A stretch of 63,414 nucleotides of DNA, filler included, from Rhabdomonas costata (Eukaryota), in NCBI GenBank assembly GCA_019059605.1. It is 51 parts of 51 records of this genome, joined end to end, with 100 filler letters (N's around TTAATTAATTAA, not from the genome) between each part and the next. Parts side by side here need not be neighbours in the genome. Positions count along the whole stretch, not along the records: positions 24,914 to 26,058 come from JAHMHO010026373.1; positions 26,159 to 27,303 come from JAHMHO010026374.1; positions 27,404 to 28,548 come from JAHMHO010026375.1; positions 28,649 to 29,794 come from JAHMHO010026376.1; positions 29,895 to 31,039 come from JAHMHO010026377.1; positions 31,140 to 32,284 come from JAHMHO010026378.1; positions 32,385 to 33,529 come from JAHMHO010026379.1; positions 33,630 to 34,774 come from JAHMHO010026380.1; 43 more parts are not named here. One strand, 5' to 3'. The notes under the pieces are model-generated. The model searched no databases. It saw only the letters and a list, made by a program, of their open reading frames with translations, and was not told the origin of the DNA. Positions 24,814-38,614 of this stretch are shown here, piece after piece (positions within the stretch are counted from its first letter, which is position 1; every line of letters begins with the position of its first letter). The position numbers and the translations under genes were made by a program.

Positions 24814-26333
24814 NNNNNNNNNNNNNNNNNNNNNNNNNNNNNNNNNNNNNNNNNNNNTTAATTAATTAANNNNNNNNNNNNNNNNNNNNNNNNNNNNNNN
24901 NNNNNNNNNNNNNTGTGGTTTTGCATTTCAGTATTCGTTGTTGTTTTGTTGTTGTTGTTTGGACATTCCGGTGCACCCCAATGGCGCTGGCTCTTTGCCC
25001 GGCTGCGTCGTTTTCTTCTTTCTGTTAAATGCGTTTGCTGCTACTGCTATCACTGCTGCTGCTGTGTGCGGGTGTTTGTGCAACAACAAGGGATGATAAT
25101 GGGATCTCGGTTTTTTTTTTTGGTGACAGGAGCAAGGTTGCCACGGAGATGTAAGAAGAGCGCGTTCGCTCAGGCTCTGCTCGCGTACTGGGTTTTTTGA
25201 AGCAGCAGAAAGGGAGGTGTTGGTGGCAGCTGGTGGCTTCACATGACCGGACGTTTTGTTGGAGTGTGACCGGCGTGAAGAACATATAAAAAGAATGATC
25301 TTCCAAAGTGCCGAGGAATTGCAGTACACTTTGTAGCCGGAGGTGGGGAGCCAGCCCGGCTGGGTCCTCAGGCTTACGGCGTTGTTATTTGTCTGTTTGC
25401 TCTCTTCCTCTTCAGAAGGCGTTTTCCTTTGGTTTTGCTTCTTTGTGAATTTTATGCGACGTTGCCCTCTCTGATGTCCAAGGGCTTCTGACAGGCGGCA
25501 CGGTAAGGTCGGCATCTTAAGTCCCCTCAAAGCGGTTTCTGGTGTGCCAGTGCACCTTCTGTTTATCTGTGTGTTGTGTGCCAGCCGCACACACGCACCG
25601 GGGTCTTGCAAATATGGAAATTGAGCTGTAAGTCCGACAATGCTCGCAGAACTCTAGGCTACTCCTTATTCAGGCCAGGACTTTTGCACAATTTACGCTT
25701 CAATCCTTCACAACCCCTTCGCATGACCCCTGCATTCTCTGCCTTTTCAGTGGTGTGGTAGGTGCGCTTTACCAAAAGACCTGGCCTGCTAACAAGCAGC
25801 AGCGGTGGCATTACAGTCTTGCCTTAACCCCGTTGTCGAGGGGTGCAGTGCTAAGAAGGGTTGCCCAAGAATTAATAGTAGCATAGCTTGCTTAACGCTT
25901 TGGCCAGAAATGGATCGTTCCCCTGACGATCACTTGCAAAACCAGCACCAACCTCCGGTGAGTGCAAGGGCAAGCGCGTCACTCTAATCGGAGTCTCCCC
26001 GCCTTGCGTCACAACTTTGTTTAAGCAGTCCTACACTTTTTTGCGTTTTGCACCAAAANNNNNNNNNNNNNNNNNNNNNNNNNNNNNNNNNNNNNNNNNN
26101 NNTTAATTAATTAANNNNNNNNNNNNNNNNNNNNNNNNNNNNNNNNNNNNNNNNNNNNTCCGCATCTTTGTACCCTTTTCCCCTACCGGGTCAATGTTGG
26201 GACCAAGCCTTATGGTCAAAAAGAGCCCTCGGGCAAGGAGTGCCAGAACGTTTCGGCAAACCCAGCAGACTGCGCCGTCGGGAAAATCCAATAGCCGCCT
26301 GAGACGAAAAAGAGAGAAGGAAAGGCCGCATAC

Positions 26334-27010
26334 AACAAGGGTCTTGCTCGCCAACAAGCTTTCTGCGCTTCTCGGCATGCTCCGCATCACCCGAGTCACC
26401 ATGGCTAAGTCCAACAAAATGCTCTGAAGCATTCTTCTGGAGGAGGAGGGCGACAACCCTCCCCAGGGCCACGCTGCAATGACCGAATACCACTGCCTGC
26501 CCACAGCTGTTGCGTGTCTGTGAGAATGATGCGTGCGCCATTATCATGCAAAACCGTGCAGAAAAAGAAAGTCTGCCGGTGGTGGCTTTTTCTAGCTCGG
26601 TGCCCAAATAGGAAAAAAGCCTCTGTCTACATTGTGTGTGCCGTTTCCACGTATCCCGACATCAAGTTGAAAACCACTTGAAAATGGGATCAGCCACACG
26701 CTGACCACGTATGCAATGAGGTCTGAACAGTCCATCACGGCAGCCCATGAAGACATTCACCAGAATCCCCCAACAACATGAAGATCAATAGTAATATGAA
26801 GCCCCAATATGAAGATCGGTGCACACAGGGAAGGTAAAGGCCGGATCCGGTAGGAAAACGACTCCATTGACAGGAAAGTCAATCGACACACGGGCAGAAC
26901 TGATCCTTACCTTTTCCGAAGGAAGGAGCAAAGCGTCGATGGGAGCGACCGCGGCAAGCAAACGCTCCCCATCGATAAAGGGCAGCAGCACCACGCTCTG
27001 CCAAGCCCAC
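26334..27010 (-). CDS. XRN-family 5'-3' exoribonuclease, exons 27010-26911 and 26517-26334
   Basis: WAWQSVVLLPFIDGERLLAAV...SEK|TRNSCGQAVVF matches XRN 'W...v.LLPFiD..RL.....E..RN'. Confidence 0.9.
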
Positions 27011-27632
27011 CTGGAAGGCAGGTTCACAGCACCACGACGCACGTGGAATGCTAGAGAGCATTTTTTCTGCCTTTGACATTAAACCCCAGCGACGCCCAGT
27101 GTGTTGTTGCGGGTGTTTCCTGTCATCCCATCCATCTGTCACAGAAAGCCATCGCCCCTTAACTTTGGGCGAGTAAGTACGCTGGGAGCCAAGGAAGATT
27201 ACACGCCACTCTGCGAAAACATCATAACACCACCAGAACATCAAAATACCCAACCAAGAGTGATGGGTGAGAGCTGGGCGCAGGAATTTTTAGCCAAAAC
27301 CCCNNNNNNNNNNNNNNNNNNNNNNNNNNNNNNNNNNNNNNNNNNNNTTAATTAATTAANNNNNNNNNNNNNNNNNNNNNNNNNNNNNNNNNNNNNNNNN
27401 NNNTTGTGCAAAAATGTTTAATCTGGTGCCCGGTTCTGTGTGTGCGTGTACTGCCAGGAGTTACCGAGATCAGCGTTGCCCATGACAGCTCACGCACACA
27501 CAGAACCGGGCACCAGATTAAACATTTTTGCACATCAAAATCAAGGCGAAATAAGCAGCACGGCAACTTTTCGGGTATCAACAGGAAAAGGTCAATTTAG
27601 TTTGCACGGGACACAATTCGCGAGTAGCGGAC

Positions 27633-27727
27633 CTGGGGTATCGCCAGTCTGTGCCCCGCCTGGGAAGCGTGGGGCTTTGCTCATCGCACCCGTTGCGGGG
27701 GAGGGCATGGAAGCGCTGAAGTTGGGT
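27633..27727 (-). CDS. Possible exon of an ODF3/SHIPPO (STPG) repeat flagellar protein
   Basis: AG|PNFSASMPSPATGAMSKAPRFPGGAQTGDTP(G)|GT. 'k.pRF......TPGP' resembles these repeats, but the match is short. Confidence 0.4.
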
Positions 27728-29762
27728 CTGAAGGCAAACGAAGAGTCGCAGAGAGTAGAAGTCCTAATCTTCGTGCGGGGTCGGAAAGCTCTGGCTGCAG
27801 GAGTCTTGAAGCACCGTCTTTCGCGTCTTTTCAGTTCAAATGGGAAGGGGAAGCGAGGATAATAAGAGTTAAATGGAGGTAAAACGGAACCAAAACAACT
27901 TTGGACACGGCCTTGCCGTATGATCCTCGAGAATGCTTGGCGGATGCTGCAGATTCACTTCGAGGCCTTGGCAAACGTTGAAGAGTCGAAGATACGGGTA
28001 GGGGGAAAACATCTCCTCGAAGAACGCAAACCACGAGGGCCCACCATGCAATGGCTTGGTTGGGCATTGGTCGGAAAACGGAAGTGAAGGGGAATGAACG
28101 GAAACGGGAAGGGGTTGGGGAATCGGAAATGGGGAAGAAGGCCTGGGAGCAACCTGTAAACCAATGGAGACGGCACCCCAGACCGAAGCACGCGGCCATT
28201 GAGCCTCTGTGTGGAGAAAGACGAGCTCAGAGAGGCATTAAAAAAAAACAGGGCAAGGCCACCCGGTTTTCGGAGCTGATGGGAATTCTAACATCAAAGC
28301 AACGATCTTGCAAGTTAGGGGTGCACCGAAACGGACAGAAGGATTCACCTTCCCATACAATGAACGCACGTTTGCAGCTTTCCTCTTTTCCTTCCTATTC
28401 GACCTTGTTTGCTTCCCCTCACCCTCGCTACTCACTCAGTCCCACTCTTTTAAATTCTTCACTTCTTTGTGGCTTGACGCACCCCAATTGTAAAACCTCC
28501 CTTACCTTTTCTTCCTTTTGTCCTGTTGGTTCCTTTGGACAAAAACAANNNNNNNNNNNNNNNNNNNNNNNNNNNNNNNNNNNNNNNNNNNNTTAATTAA
28601 TTAANNNNNNNNNNNNNNNNNNNNNNNNNNNNNNNNNNNNNNNNNNNNGGTGGTGGGTGGTGTGAGCTTTTTTCATAAGGAAGAGCAGTGGTGCGGTTGA
28701 TTCTCCGTGTGGCTCGAGGTTAGGGTCCTCTTTTACGAGGTGTCTTTTATGGTTGGATGAGTTTGTGGACAGGCCCGCGTCTGAGGCTGTGATGACCAAT
28801 CCCTGAAAGGGGTGCACAAGCCAATGTCGCACGAGGCGCAGACTGCCTCGGTTCGATATTGGGGTGTCTGGGCACGGGTTTTTAATAATGAGAGCTCTTC
28901 ATCTGTGCCCCGCTGCCTTCCTTCGCCTGCACCTCCTTTTTTCTTTTTCTTCATTCTTTTCTTCATGCACGTGTTCAGTGGAACTGGTGGAAGGTGCCAG
29001 TCTCGTTTCCTGAACAATATGAACATTTAAGTGCGAGCATCGTAACGCAACCGAGGAGGCTGCGCGTTTCGTGATGCAGTGCACTGATTCGGATGTCCAG
29101 ACTTTTGTCTCCACGTGCCAGGCACCCGTGTTTCCCTGTGCGTGTGAAGTTCTGCATCATACTCCGATGCATTTGCTATCGGGGCCTGTCGTCTCTGTCT
29201 CTCCCCCCCCCTCGTTCCCTTCCTTTTCATGCCAACTCCTCGCTGCCTCGGAGCTTCTCGTTTTCTTCTTCTCTTCTCCTGCTTCCCTTTCTCCACCATT
29301 TTCAGTTTTCCCCTTGCCGTCCGCTGGTGCCTTCAGTTTTTGTCTCTTGCCGTACTCCACTCTTCGGCTGGCCTCCTGCTGCATTTTGAGCCGGCACCAG
29401 TGCAACTGTTTCGTGCTCCTTTTTTTCTCCCATTTTGCGTTCCCTGCGGCAGTTTCTCACAAACTTACCTTTCGTGTGTATGTTAACCTGGTGTTTGTCA
29501 AACTTTTCTCTTTCCCGTGTAGCACACTTTCTCACTTTGCACACCGACTTACTTTTCGTTCCGAAAAGATGAACGGTCACGAGCTCTTCGCCTTCCGCCT
29601 TTTCTGTGAACAAAAAGTACAAGAAAAGGAAGAGAAAGTTTTTGTAGAAGATGCTCTGTTTCACGAAATGTTTCTGCGCGATGGAAGGAGCACGTAAGGT
29701 TATGTGATGTGGCTCTTTCAGCACAGTCCCGCTCCAGTCTTTTCTAGTTTTTTCTACACACC

Positions 29763-29794
<32 letters not shown>

Positions 29795-29894
29795 NNNNNN
29801 NNNNNNNNNNNNNNNNNNNNNNNNNNNNNNNNNNNNNNTTAATTAATTAANNNNNNNNNNNNNNNNNNNNNNNNNNNNNNNNNNNNNNNNNNNN

Positions 29895-31039
29895 GTTTTT
29901 GGGGTCGAGGGCATGTCTGAGGGACGAAGGCATGACCGAGCATTAGAAGTAAAGGCACGAAGCGAAGCGGAGTAGAGGATAGGAATACAATAAGGCATCG
30001 CAGATAGGAATACACATAGGAATGTACATACCATCACGTAAAGGCATCAGCGATACAACCCCCTACACTCAAGAATACACCCTACACCCCAACACAAACA
30101 TGCATTACACTAACACAAGGCATGAAACAACACCCATCACCATTACACTAAGAAAGCACTACGATACAACACCAACACACGATACACTAACACAAGGTAT
30201 GAAACAACACATCCTGAGACATCACCATAACACTAAACAAGCACTTCGACATGAACCCCTCACACAAACATCCAACATCCATTACATCATCATAGCACTA
30301 CGGATACGCATCAAGGAACAGAGAGCAGGACATACCACTACACCAGCGCTAGAAACCCTCACATCACCAGCCCCTCAAATCCACGCACCACCTTCCAACA
30401 TCCCTCGACCCTCTGAAGCAAGAACATCACATGCATAACACAACACTACGCATCAACAACCAACGCATCAACCAACAGCCCAACCTACGCAGCAACATCA
30501 ACACCACACGGTACAAGTACTACAGAAGGAGCAAAAACACACAGCATGACAGCAGAAGCACTAACACTGCACTACACCAGGACACCATCAACGCGTAACA
30601 GAGAGCAAGGTAGAACAGAGACGCGAACACCACCATGAACCCCAGCTTCGACTCTCACACCATCACCTTCAGCCATCAACCCAGCATCACCCTCCATCCT
30701 GACACCCTTCTCCAACAACGCATCCATCACCACTACAGGAACACGAACAGCAGGAAGCACAGAAGTAACGCTAGAGCCCAACACACCATGACCCTCCAAC
30801 TCCACCACAGAACCCACACCACCAGCAATACCAGCACCAGGAATACGCATAGCCTTCCAACATCCCTCGACCCTCTGAAGCAAGAACATCACATGCATAA
30901 CACAACACTACACATCAACAACCAACGCATCAACCAACAGCCCAACCTACGCAGCAACATCAACACCAACACACGATACACTAACACAAGGTATGAAACA
31001 ACACATCCTGAGACATCACCATAACACTAAACAAACCAC
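29895..31039. repeat. A/C-skewed complex repeat with internal direct duplications
   Basis: ~30390-30505 recurs at ~30853-30968, and ~30177-30240 recurs at ~30970-31034. Confidence 0.85.
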
Positions 31040-34000
31040 NNNNNNNNNNNNNNNNNNNNNNNNNNNNNNNNNNNNNNNNNNNNTTAATTAATTAANNNNN
31101 NNNNNNNNNNNNNNNNNNNNNNNNNNNNNNNNNNNNNNNTACGTATGAACCCAATTGTAGGAATACGCGAAGTGGAGGGCGCCGAGCCCGACATGCAGGT
31201 AATTTGGGACTTGGTACCCTCCCTCAGCAAAGAGGGGGCAGGAATGAGGGACAGGGGTATACCGTAGGTGTATGTAGTGGTAAAAAGGGCTACTACGGGG
31301 GGGGGCAGATGTTTGCAGGTCGTATGCTTCACTACGTTCAGCATACTCCCTACATGTTGAACCCCGAAGAGAGAACACGAAGACAGAAGGCCGAATCCCG
31401 AACCCGAAACCGAAAAGACCTATCACCACCATTTGCTTTTTGTTCGCATATCTTAATGCCCCCTCCTCCTCCCAAACCAATCACCACCAAAAAAACAGAA
31501 CTTCGCCATGCCGCTACTGGTCCGCGAGGCTGTGCCGTTCCCTTCGCCCTGCCTTTCTTGGGAAAAACCTCCCCCCGATCCCCGATCCGGGTTCCACCAC
31601 CATAAGGTGCTTCCACTCGTTCCGTCCGGGCGTAGCCACAGTGGAAGACCTCAGTGAAGGTGAAGGTTACGCTTTCTCTCTCTGGAGGGTACGAAGCATG
31701 GGTGCGTCAGCGAGCCATGCGTAGTAGAGGGCATCGCAGAATAGTGCATGCAAATAGAGCCACCTGGTAGGAATGTTTATCCTTACGCCTCAACTCACCA
31801 CTGCACTCACCACTACACTCACCATACGCATCCTAAAACCCAACAGCATCCAACCACCAACATCCATCCAGAAGCGTCAAGAAACACAGGAACACATCAA
31901 GCACTACACAACCACTACAACATCCTGACATCCTGAACCCCACCACCCACCACCCAACCACCTCAGAAACACACAAGATGCACTTACCCATCACTACCAT
32001 CAGCCCTCCAACTTCAGCCACGAACCCTCCAACACACCACCCACTGCCAACACTCCACCAGCACATCTTACGCACTACCAACACGACACCAACACCACAC
32101 CAACAACAGGGCCCAGGAAACGGAGACACACACACACACACCATCCTAACAGAGGGTACACTACGCATGATGTGATAGGGTACTGGGAAGGATGACAGCA
32201 AAACACACCATGGGCTGATACTGTTGTGACGCAGATGCCATGCTGAGGTCGACACCACCACTCCACGCCGGACCCACACACACANNNNNNNNNNNNNNNN
32301 NNNNNNNNNNNNNNNNNNNNNNNNNNNNTTAATTAATTAANNNNNNNNNNNNNNNNNNNNNNNNNNNNNNNNNNNNNNNNNNNNTTGTGGTGGGACGGGG
32401 GGTGGTTCCCTCCTTCTGGTTGTACAGGGTGCTTTTGTATCGATTGTGTTCTGTCAATAATGCTTGGCCGCGCGTGTGTTAGCGGGCTTGTACAGCAGTC
32501 ATGTCACTCATGTCACCTTGCCTCACCCACTCGCACTTGCGTGCACATAGATACGCACATGCCATGTGCTCACTTGCTTGTTCAAGAAAGCACTGGATGC
32601 GCAGGTTATCTTTGCCTATCCTTTGAAAGGCAACCTGTCACCCCTGTGGTCTTCGCATTTGCTTAGATCTTCGTTGAGCCCTTCTAATCCATGCGTGTTT
32701 TGTGAGTTGTCTTGTACTCGTGACCTTGCTGCGTGTTGACGTGAGCAATAGCAGGCTTCCTTCTTTCCTTTCCTTTCCTTCTTGCGGGACTCTGTTTTTT
32801 ATGAAATTTAAAATACGACAGCAGTGCAGGTCTGGACACAGTGCTGGAGTACCAATACACACGGGGACCAAGCAAAGGGAAAGAGAGAATGGAGGAAACT
32901 AGACGGGAACTCGGAAGCGGGTGAGAGGCACAAAAAGCAATGTGAGAAAGCGCAGACTAAAATCTCTCTGTCTTTCTCTTTCTGTTTGTCAAAATTTCCT
33001 GGGATTACCTCTTCTGGGGTCTATAATTTGCAAGTGCAAAACCTACGTACCCTGTTTACTCCTGTTGAGCATGCGCCATGGATGCAGTCTCTGATCTTGG
33101 GCCCGCATTAGAAATTTACTGCCTCGCCACACCAGCAAAAACTTAGGCATCCACATCCGTGCCATGGGCGCACTGTTCTGCTCGTTGCATTTTCTTTTCC
33201 CAGAGGCGTTTTGATTTTCATCACCGTAGCGCTGACAGGATCGCTGCCGATCCCATTTACTGTTCCTTGTAGACGCACGAGAGGCCGCCTTGGCTTGTGA
33301 GCGAGTGACGCAAAAGCGATAAATGTCTCGCAAGCGTGACCCCTCGGAGTCTTCCTCATCCTCTGCGGAAGGATCGGAGGTGTGCGTGCAAAGGAGTTAG
33401 TGGGCTGTGTCAGTTGTCAGCGCCTTTCTGGTGTCCGACGACGGAGCAGACTCAAAATCCCTCCTCCGAACTTTATTATTCCTATTTTCCCGACAAAAAC
33501 AGGGAAATACAAACTGCGCAACCCACCCCNNNNNNNNNNNNNNNNNNNNNNNNNNNNNNNNNNNNNNNNNNNNTTAATTAATTAANNNNNNNNNNNNNNN
33601 NNNNNNNNNNNNNNNNNNNNNNNNNNNNNGGTGGGGTTGTGCACTTGGCGTGTACTTTTTATAGGGGGCAAACTCTTCTTTTTCCTTTCCTCTTCTTTTT
33701 CTTATTGCTGGGAGCTTGCTTTGTTTCTGCACTCACGCCACATTTGCTGCAGGAGAGTTGTTTTGTGGATCCTCTTTCCTTTTGCACCCCTGGAAACCTT
33801 GGGCCACTGTCAGGGTTTTCTAGGGACCAAATTGGAAGACTAAAGACTAATTGTGTCAGAAAAAGCGCACCTTGTATGTCTATGAGTTTACAGGCAACTC
33901 TCCTATGAAGACCAACTCCCGCTTAGATTGTTGTTCAGCGGCTCCGTTTGCTATAAAAAAAGCTCGGTGTGTATAGTAAGAGGAATGCACAGCTGATGCA

Positions 34001-34262
34001 CAGGCTCACGGGACAGTCGTGCGCATGAAAATCTGCGGAGAAGCCAAGGTTGGTAGCATGTAAGGCTTTGTCCCTCTCGACATGATAACTGATTACATCG
34101 GATTTCTAAAGAAGAGCGTTCATCACTTTCAACGTTATCTAGAAGAACTAACAGCAGCTTAGTTATCCGAGATACATACATTCCGTTCTGGTTACAGGTG
34201 AGAGAGAGCCCGTGCCACTCGCCTCATACCCTTGCCGTAGTCGTAGCCTTCACGAGCCGAAA

Positions 34263-34311
34263 ACTGAATACTGAATACTGAATACTGAATACTGAATACT
34301 GAATACTGAAT
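34263..34311. repeat. (ACTGAAT)7 heptamer tandem repeat
   Basis: Seven perfect copies. Confidence 0.97.
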
Positions 34312-37300
34312 AATGTGAGAGTATCACTTTCGGATCTGGCTCTAGCAGGACCCGACCTCCCACGCCAGCATTCTTCAGCGTTTCCCACAATAGAGAGAGA
34401 GAATGGAGCTGAGAGGGACACGGAGTCATGAAGGTCCCCCCCATACACACACACCGCAGCCTTTGAGGATCGGACAAGGAAACGACCATGGAGCGCGTTA
34501 ACCTTAACAAAAGAAAGAACCGAGGGATGGCACAAAGGAAGACCCGCTCGATCGCAGGCAAAAAGGCTGCGAAGGATTCCCATGGGCTTGGAGGTAGTTA
34601 AAAACAACGCGGGGAAAAGGCAGGATCCCTGCACCAAGTGCTTAGGGTGCAGGTGCAGTATTGTTCCCAAGATGGGTTTGGTTTGCTTTCTTTCGTGGCC
34701 TCCATTTGGTTTTCCTGGAAACGGCAGTTTCCGCTCTTTACCCCCTACCGCTTTGCTTTTAACTACCCACCCCCNNNNNNNNNNNNNNNNNNNNNNNNNN
34801 NNNNNNNNNNNNNNNNNNTTAATTAATTAANNNNNNNNNNNNNNNNNNNNNNNNNNNNNNNNNNNNNNNNNNNNGGGGGGGGTTGTGGGGGTGAACAGGC
34901 GGCCTAGAGCCATTTGCCTGGAACCCGTTCGGGGTTAAGAGGCAAATGGGTTTTTTGTACATACTTTTCTTTGTGGGTGCAGTCGAAAAACCCTCCGCTG
35001 CGCTGGGGAAAGAATGGCCCAACATAAAAAGGAAGAGCCGCCAAGGGGCAAGGGTGGGTACCGGCCTGAGGGTGCAAGAAGCGGCAGCGTTTCGGGAGAC
35101 CCACTGTACATAGAAAAGACCCCGGGTCTGCTTCGGCTTTGCCCTTGAAGCAGCAGCCCTGGTTTTTGGGGGTGAAGGGTACGTGATACCACTTCCCCGG
35201 CTGAAATCGAGGGCAACACAGGACCTACCAGAAATTCCCCCCCCCTTCCGGCCGTTAGGCTCTATAGGCAGGCCAACATTTCGGCTGGGCCACCGTATAA
35301 CAGATTTCCTTTTGCATATTCCCATAGTCCCACTGCATTGTCCCTTCCCCCCTTCCATGAAAAACCCAGGCAATCAAAACAACTGGGGCTTAAGCCGACA
35401 CATAGCGAATGGCTGCGCGCTGGTCCCCGCACCCCAGGAAAGTCGTTTCCATGATATAGTGTACAAATTTGGGTTGCTTTTTGCCCGCAGCAGCAGGAGG
35501 GTTTGACGGGGGCACCCACAAGAAAGAGGATAAAACAAAAAAGCACAAAAAAGTTAAAAGCGAATTTAAACCAAAAAGGACAAGAAATATGGTACACAAC
35601 TGCCCTCGAAGCTCTCCGAACTTAAAAAGTCTCCCCTCAGAGATTAGCGGCGTTGGTCATCATCGTTCCATCGTTAACTCGTGAGCAGGAGTGGTTTCAA
35701 ATCTGTGAGAGGTTTCTTGAGACAAATCAAGGGTTCGTAGGGCGCCATGTCCCCCAAGCGATCACCTCAATGATAACCATTGGCAAGCATAATTACTATC
35801 GCCCCACATGGGAACCGTAACCCTCCGCACGCGCCCTGGGTTTTCTTGCTTGAGGAGGCTTCTAAAGACTAACGCATTTTTCAGGACTCTGGGTTGCGCA
35901 ACAAACCAGCTCCATCCAAAGCCGGCCACAAACAGGCAAATCAATGCCAGCACAGCCTTAACTGTGCTTTCGGGCAGTGCGTAGCCATACCTGGCAAAGC
36001 CTGCCCCCAGCAGCGCTCCNNNNNNNNNNNNNNNNNNNNNNNNNNNNNNNNNNNNNNNNNNNNTTAATTAATTAANNNNNNNNNNNNNNNNNNNNNNNNN
36101 NNNNNNNNNNNNNNNNNNNTTTGGGGTTGTTGGGAGATCATTTCCACAGATGGTGTTGATCAGAGCTCAGGTTTTGTGACTGATTCCAGAGATGTGTTAT
36201 GTGGATTGTGATTTCAGATGTGTGTGCGGTTGCGTGGTGTTTCCAGATGGTATGTGGCGCGTTTTCAGAACGTGTTGCGTGATGTGGTGTCTTTCCAGAG
36301 CTTGTGTTATCTACGTGTTGCAAAGTGAGTGGAAGAAGATCTGCTGCAGAGATGTTACAGACGGCGAGTTTACACAGGTGATATTCCACAGTTTTCCAGA
36401 GCTGTACTGTCAGAGTGATCGGCCGTCGCCCGTCTGATGGGACGTTCTCCGTCCAGCATGGGAGCATGCAACGGTTCAGATCACCAAGGTGTTCCTCATT
36501 CCAGGGGTAGACAGCCAGGACAGCAAGGTTTCTCCAGAGACTAGTTTCTAGATATTTCATTGAGATTCCAGAGGGACGACAAGGTGAGCGGAGACGGAAG
36601 CAGAATTTCAGCCTCTCGTGAGCCAGCTTGTGGAAAAATGCTGGGCGAGACAGCAGAGCAGAGTAGGGCCACGTGAGAGACGGATGGCCGAAAGTGTGGG
36701 AAGAAGAGCCTTGAATACTTTTCAGCAGATATTCAAATGCAGGAGCGGTTTCCATCATATGCAAAACTCATCTGCACTACCACAGCGAGAGAAAAGCAAA
36801 CCACACCAAAATGCACGCAATGTTGAATTCAAGCGCAAAAAATGTTTGAAACATGGGTGCTTGCCATATTTCTCTCATCCAAAATTGGATAAGGTCTGAC
36901 AGCAATCCACGCCTTTAACCATACAAAATAGCAAACAAAACTACCAGAGTGTATTAACCAAAGTTTTGCTTACAGCTGCCACCCGCCATGTGCGAAGTCA
37001 TTTAACACCTACTGTCACACCTCACAACGGAAAAGAGCAAGCCAGAGCAAAAGAAAAACGTTGGCCACCTGACCAAAACACACTGGCAACTGGATCTGAC
37101 CTTCTCAAATCGCGGGTCTCCAAAACCATCAGGAGTATTGTCGTCGATATCATGTATTTTCAAATGCGGTAGCAAATCAATCATATGAATCTGTTCCATG
37201 TGCCCAAAAGTAGATGACTACACTCAGAATGATCACAGTGCTCGCCCAATTGGTAACAAAAAAANNNNNNNNNNNNNNNNNNNNNNNNNNNNNNNNNNNN

Positions 37301-37364
37301 NNNNNNNNTTAATTAATTAANNNNNNNNNNNNNNNNNNNNNNNNNNNNNNNNNNNNNNNNNNNN

Positions 37365-38509
37365 TGTTGTTTGGGGTTCTCTCGCTGTGTCTGCTACTTC
37401 CTCTGTGTCGGTGCGTGCTTGATTGGTGCTGGTTTGGGCTTGCATGGTGTCTGTGGTGGGCGTGTTTGTGGTGCTTGGTTTCGGTCCTTCCGCATAGGGG
37501 TATTCCGTGGTTTCTTCTCATCTGGTTACGCATCTCTGCATCTGGTTTGGAATGTTGGCACGGAGGTTGGATAGTAGGGTTACTTACTTATTCCATCGCT
37601 TCTACTCCTACAACTCAACACAGAGTATGGTTCGCTCCACAGCTGTCACAGTTACTCTCTACCTCTATCACCCATTAGTCGCCCCACCACCGTAATGATG
37701 GTTACGCTTACTGATGGAGGATGGATGTTGAGTTGGGTGGGTTGATATCGACGACATCCACTAAGAAGAGTTGGCTCAAACAGGATGCCTAACGCCTACG
37801 TAATCATTTCCACTCTTACCTGGTGGTTTCTACGCCAGGATGGTTCAACGGTGGGTAGGGCATATGAATCATGGACACGTTGCTTACGCATATCCTCCTT
37901 CATACCTTCTGTAGAGTGTGGTGGTGGCATTGTGGCATCGACATCCACCATGCACCTTGACATCTCGCCGTGGTAGGTTGTCAGTATCTTACTGCATGTA
38001 GGTTCTCTTTTCCACTCGGCTGGGATTCAGTACTCACCAGTTGTGAGTTGTGGGCTGTTACCCAACGCTCGGATTCTTTTGGTGTGGGGCTGATGAGCGC
38101 ATACGCCATACGCTACGGTACGGTTACAACCTCACACCCACCACAAGGCCAACAAGTCCAAAGCAACACCAACAAAGTACCGAACACCGTAACGCCGACA
38201 CCATCATCACGCAAGGCCAGGGCAACCAGACGACAGCAAACGAACAGCGTAAAAAAAAGCGAAGATGTAGCAAAGGAAACCATAGCAACCAAGGAACTGC
38301 ACACCAAACCCACCAATGCCCATCCAGACACTAACGCTTGCGCAACAATCAGAACCAAAGAAACCACGGAATACCCCTATGCGGAAGGACCGAAACCAAG
38401 CACCACAAACACGCCCACCACAGACACCATGCAAGCCCAAACCAGCACCAATCAAGCACGCACCGACACAGAGGAAGTAGCAGACACAGCGAGAGAACCC
38501 CAAACAACA
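37365..38509. repeat. 152-bp perfect inverted repeats at both contig ends (37365-37516, 38358-38509)
   Basis: The arms are exact reverse complements flanking about 840 bp of other sequence. Confidence 0.93.
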
Positions 38510-38614
38510 NNNNNNNNNNNNNNNNNNNNNNNNNNNNNNNNNNNNNNNNNNNNTTAATTAATTAANNNNNNNNNNNNNNNNNNNNNNNNNNNNNNNNNNN
38601 NNNNNNNNNACCAG

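Noticed and set aside
30022..31024. His/Thr/Asn-rich ORFs, and similar ones in 31748-32281 and 37970-38509
   Set aside because: By-products of A/C-skewed repeat DNA, which rarely contains stop codons.
37365..38509. 152-bp inverted termini read as a transposon or linear-plasmid end
   Set aside because: There is no coding capacity. The right arm continues smoothly into A/C-rich repeat while the left arm switches abruptly, so a chimera or assembly path is more likely. Not fully excluded.
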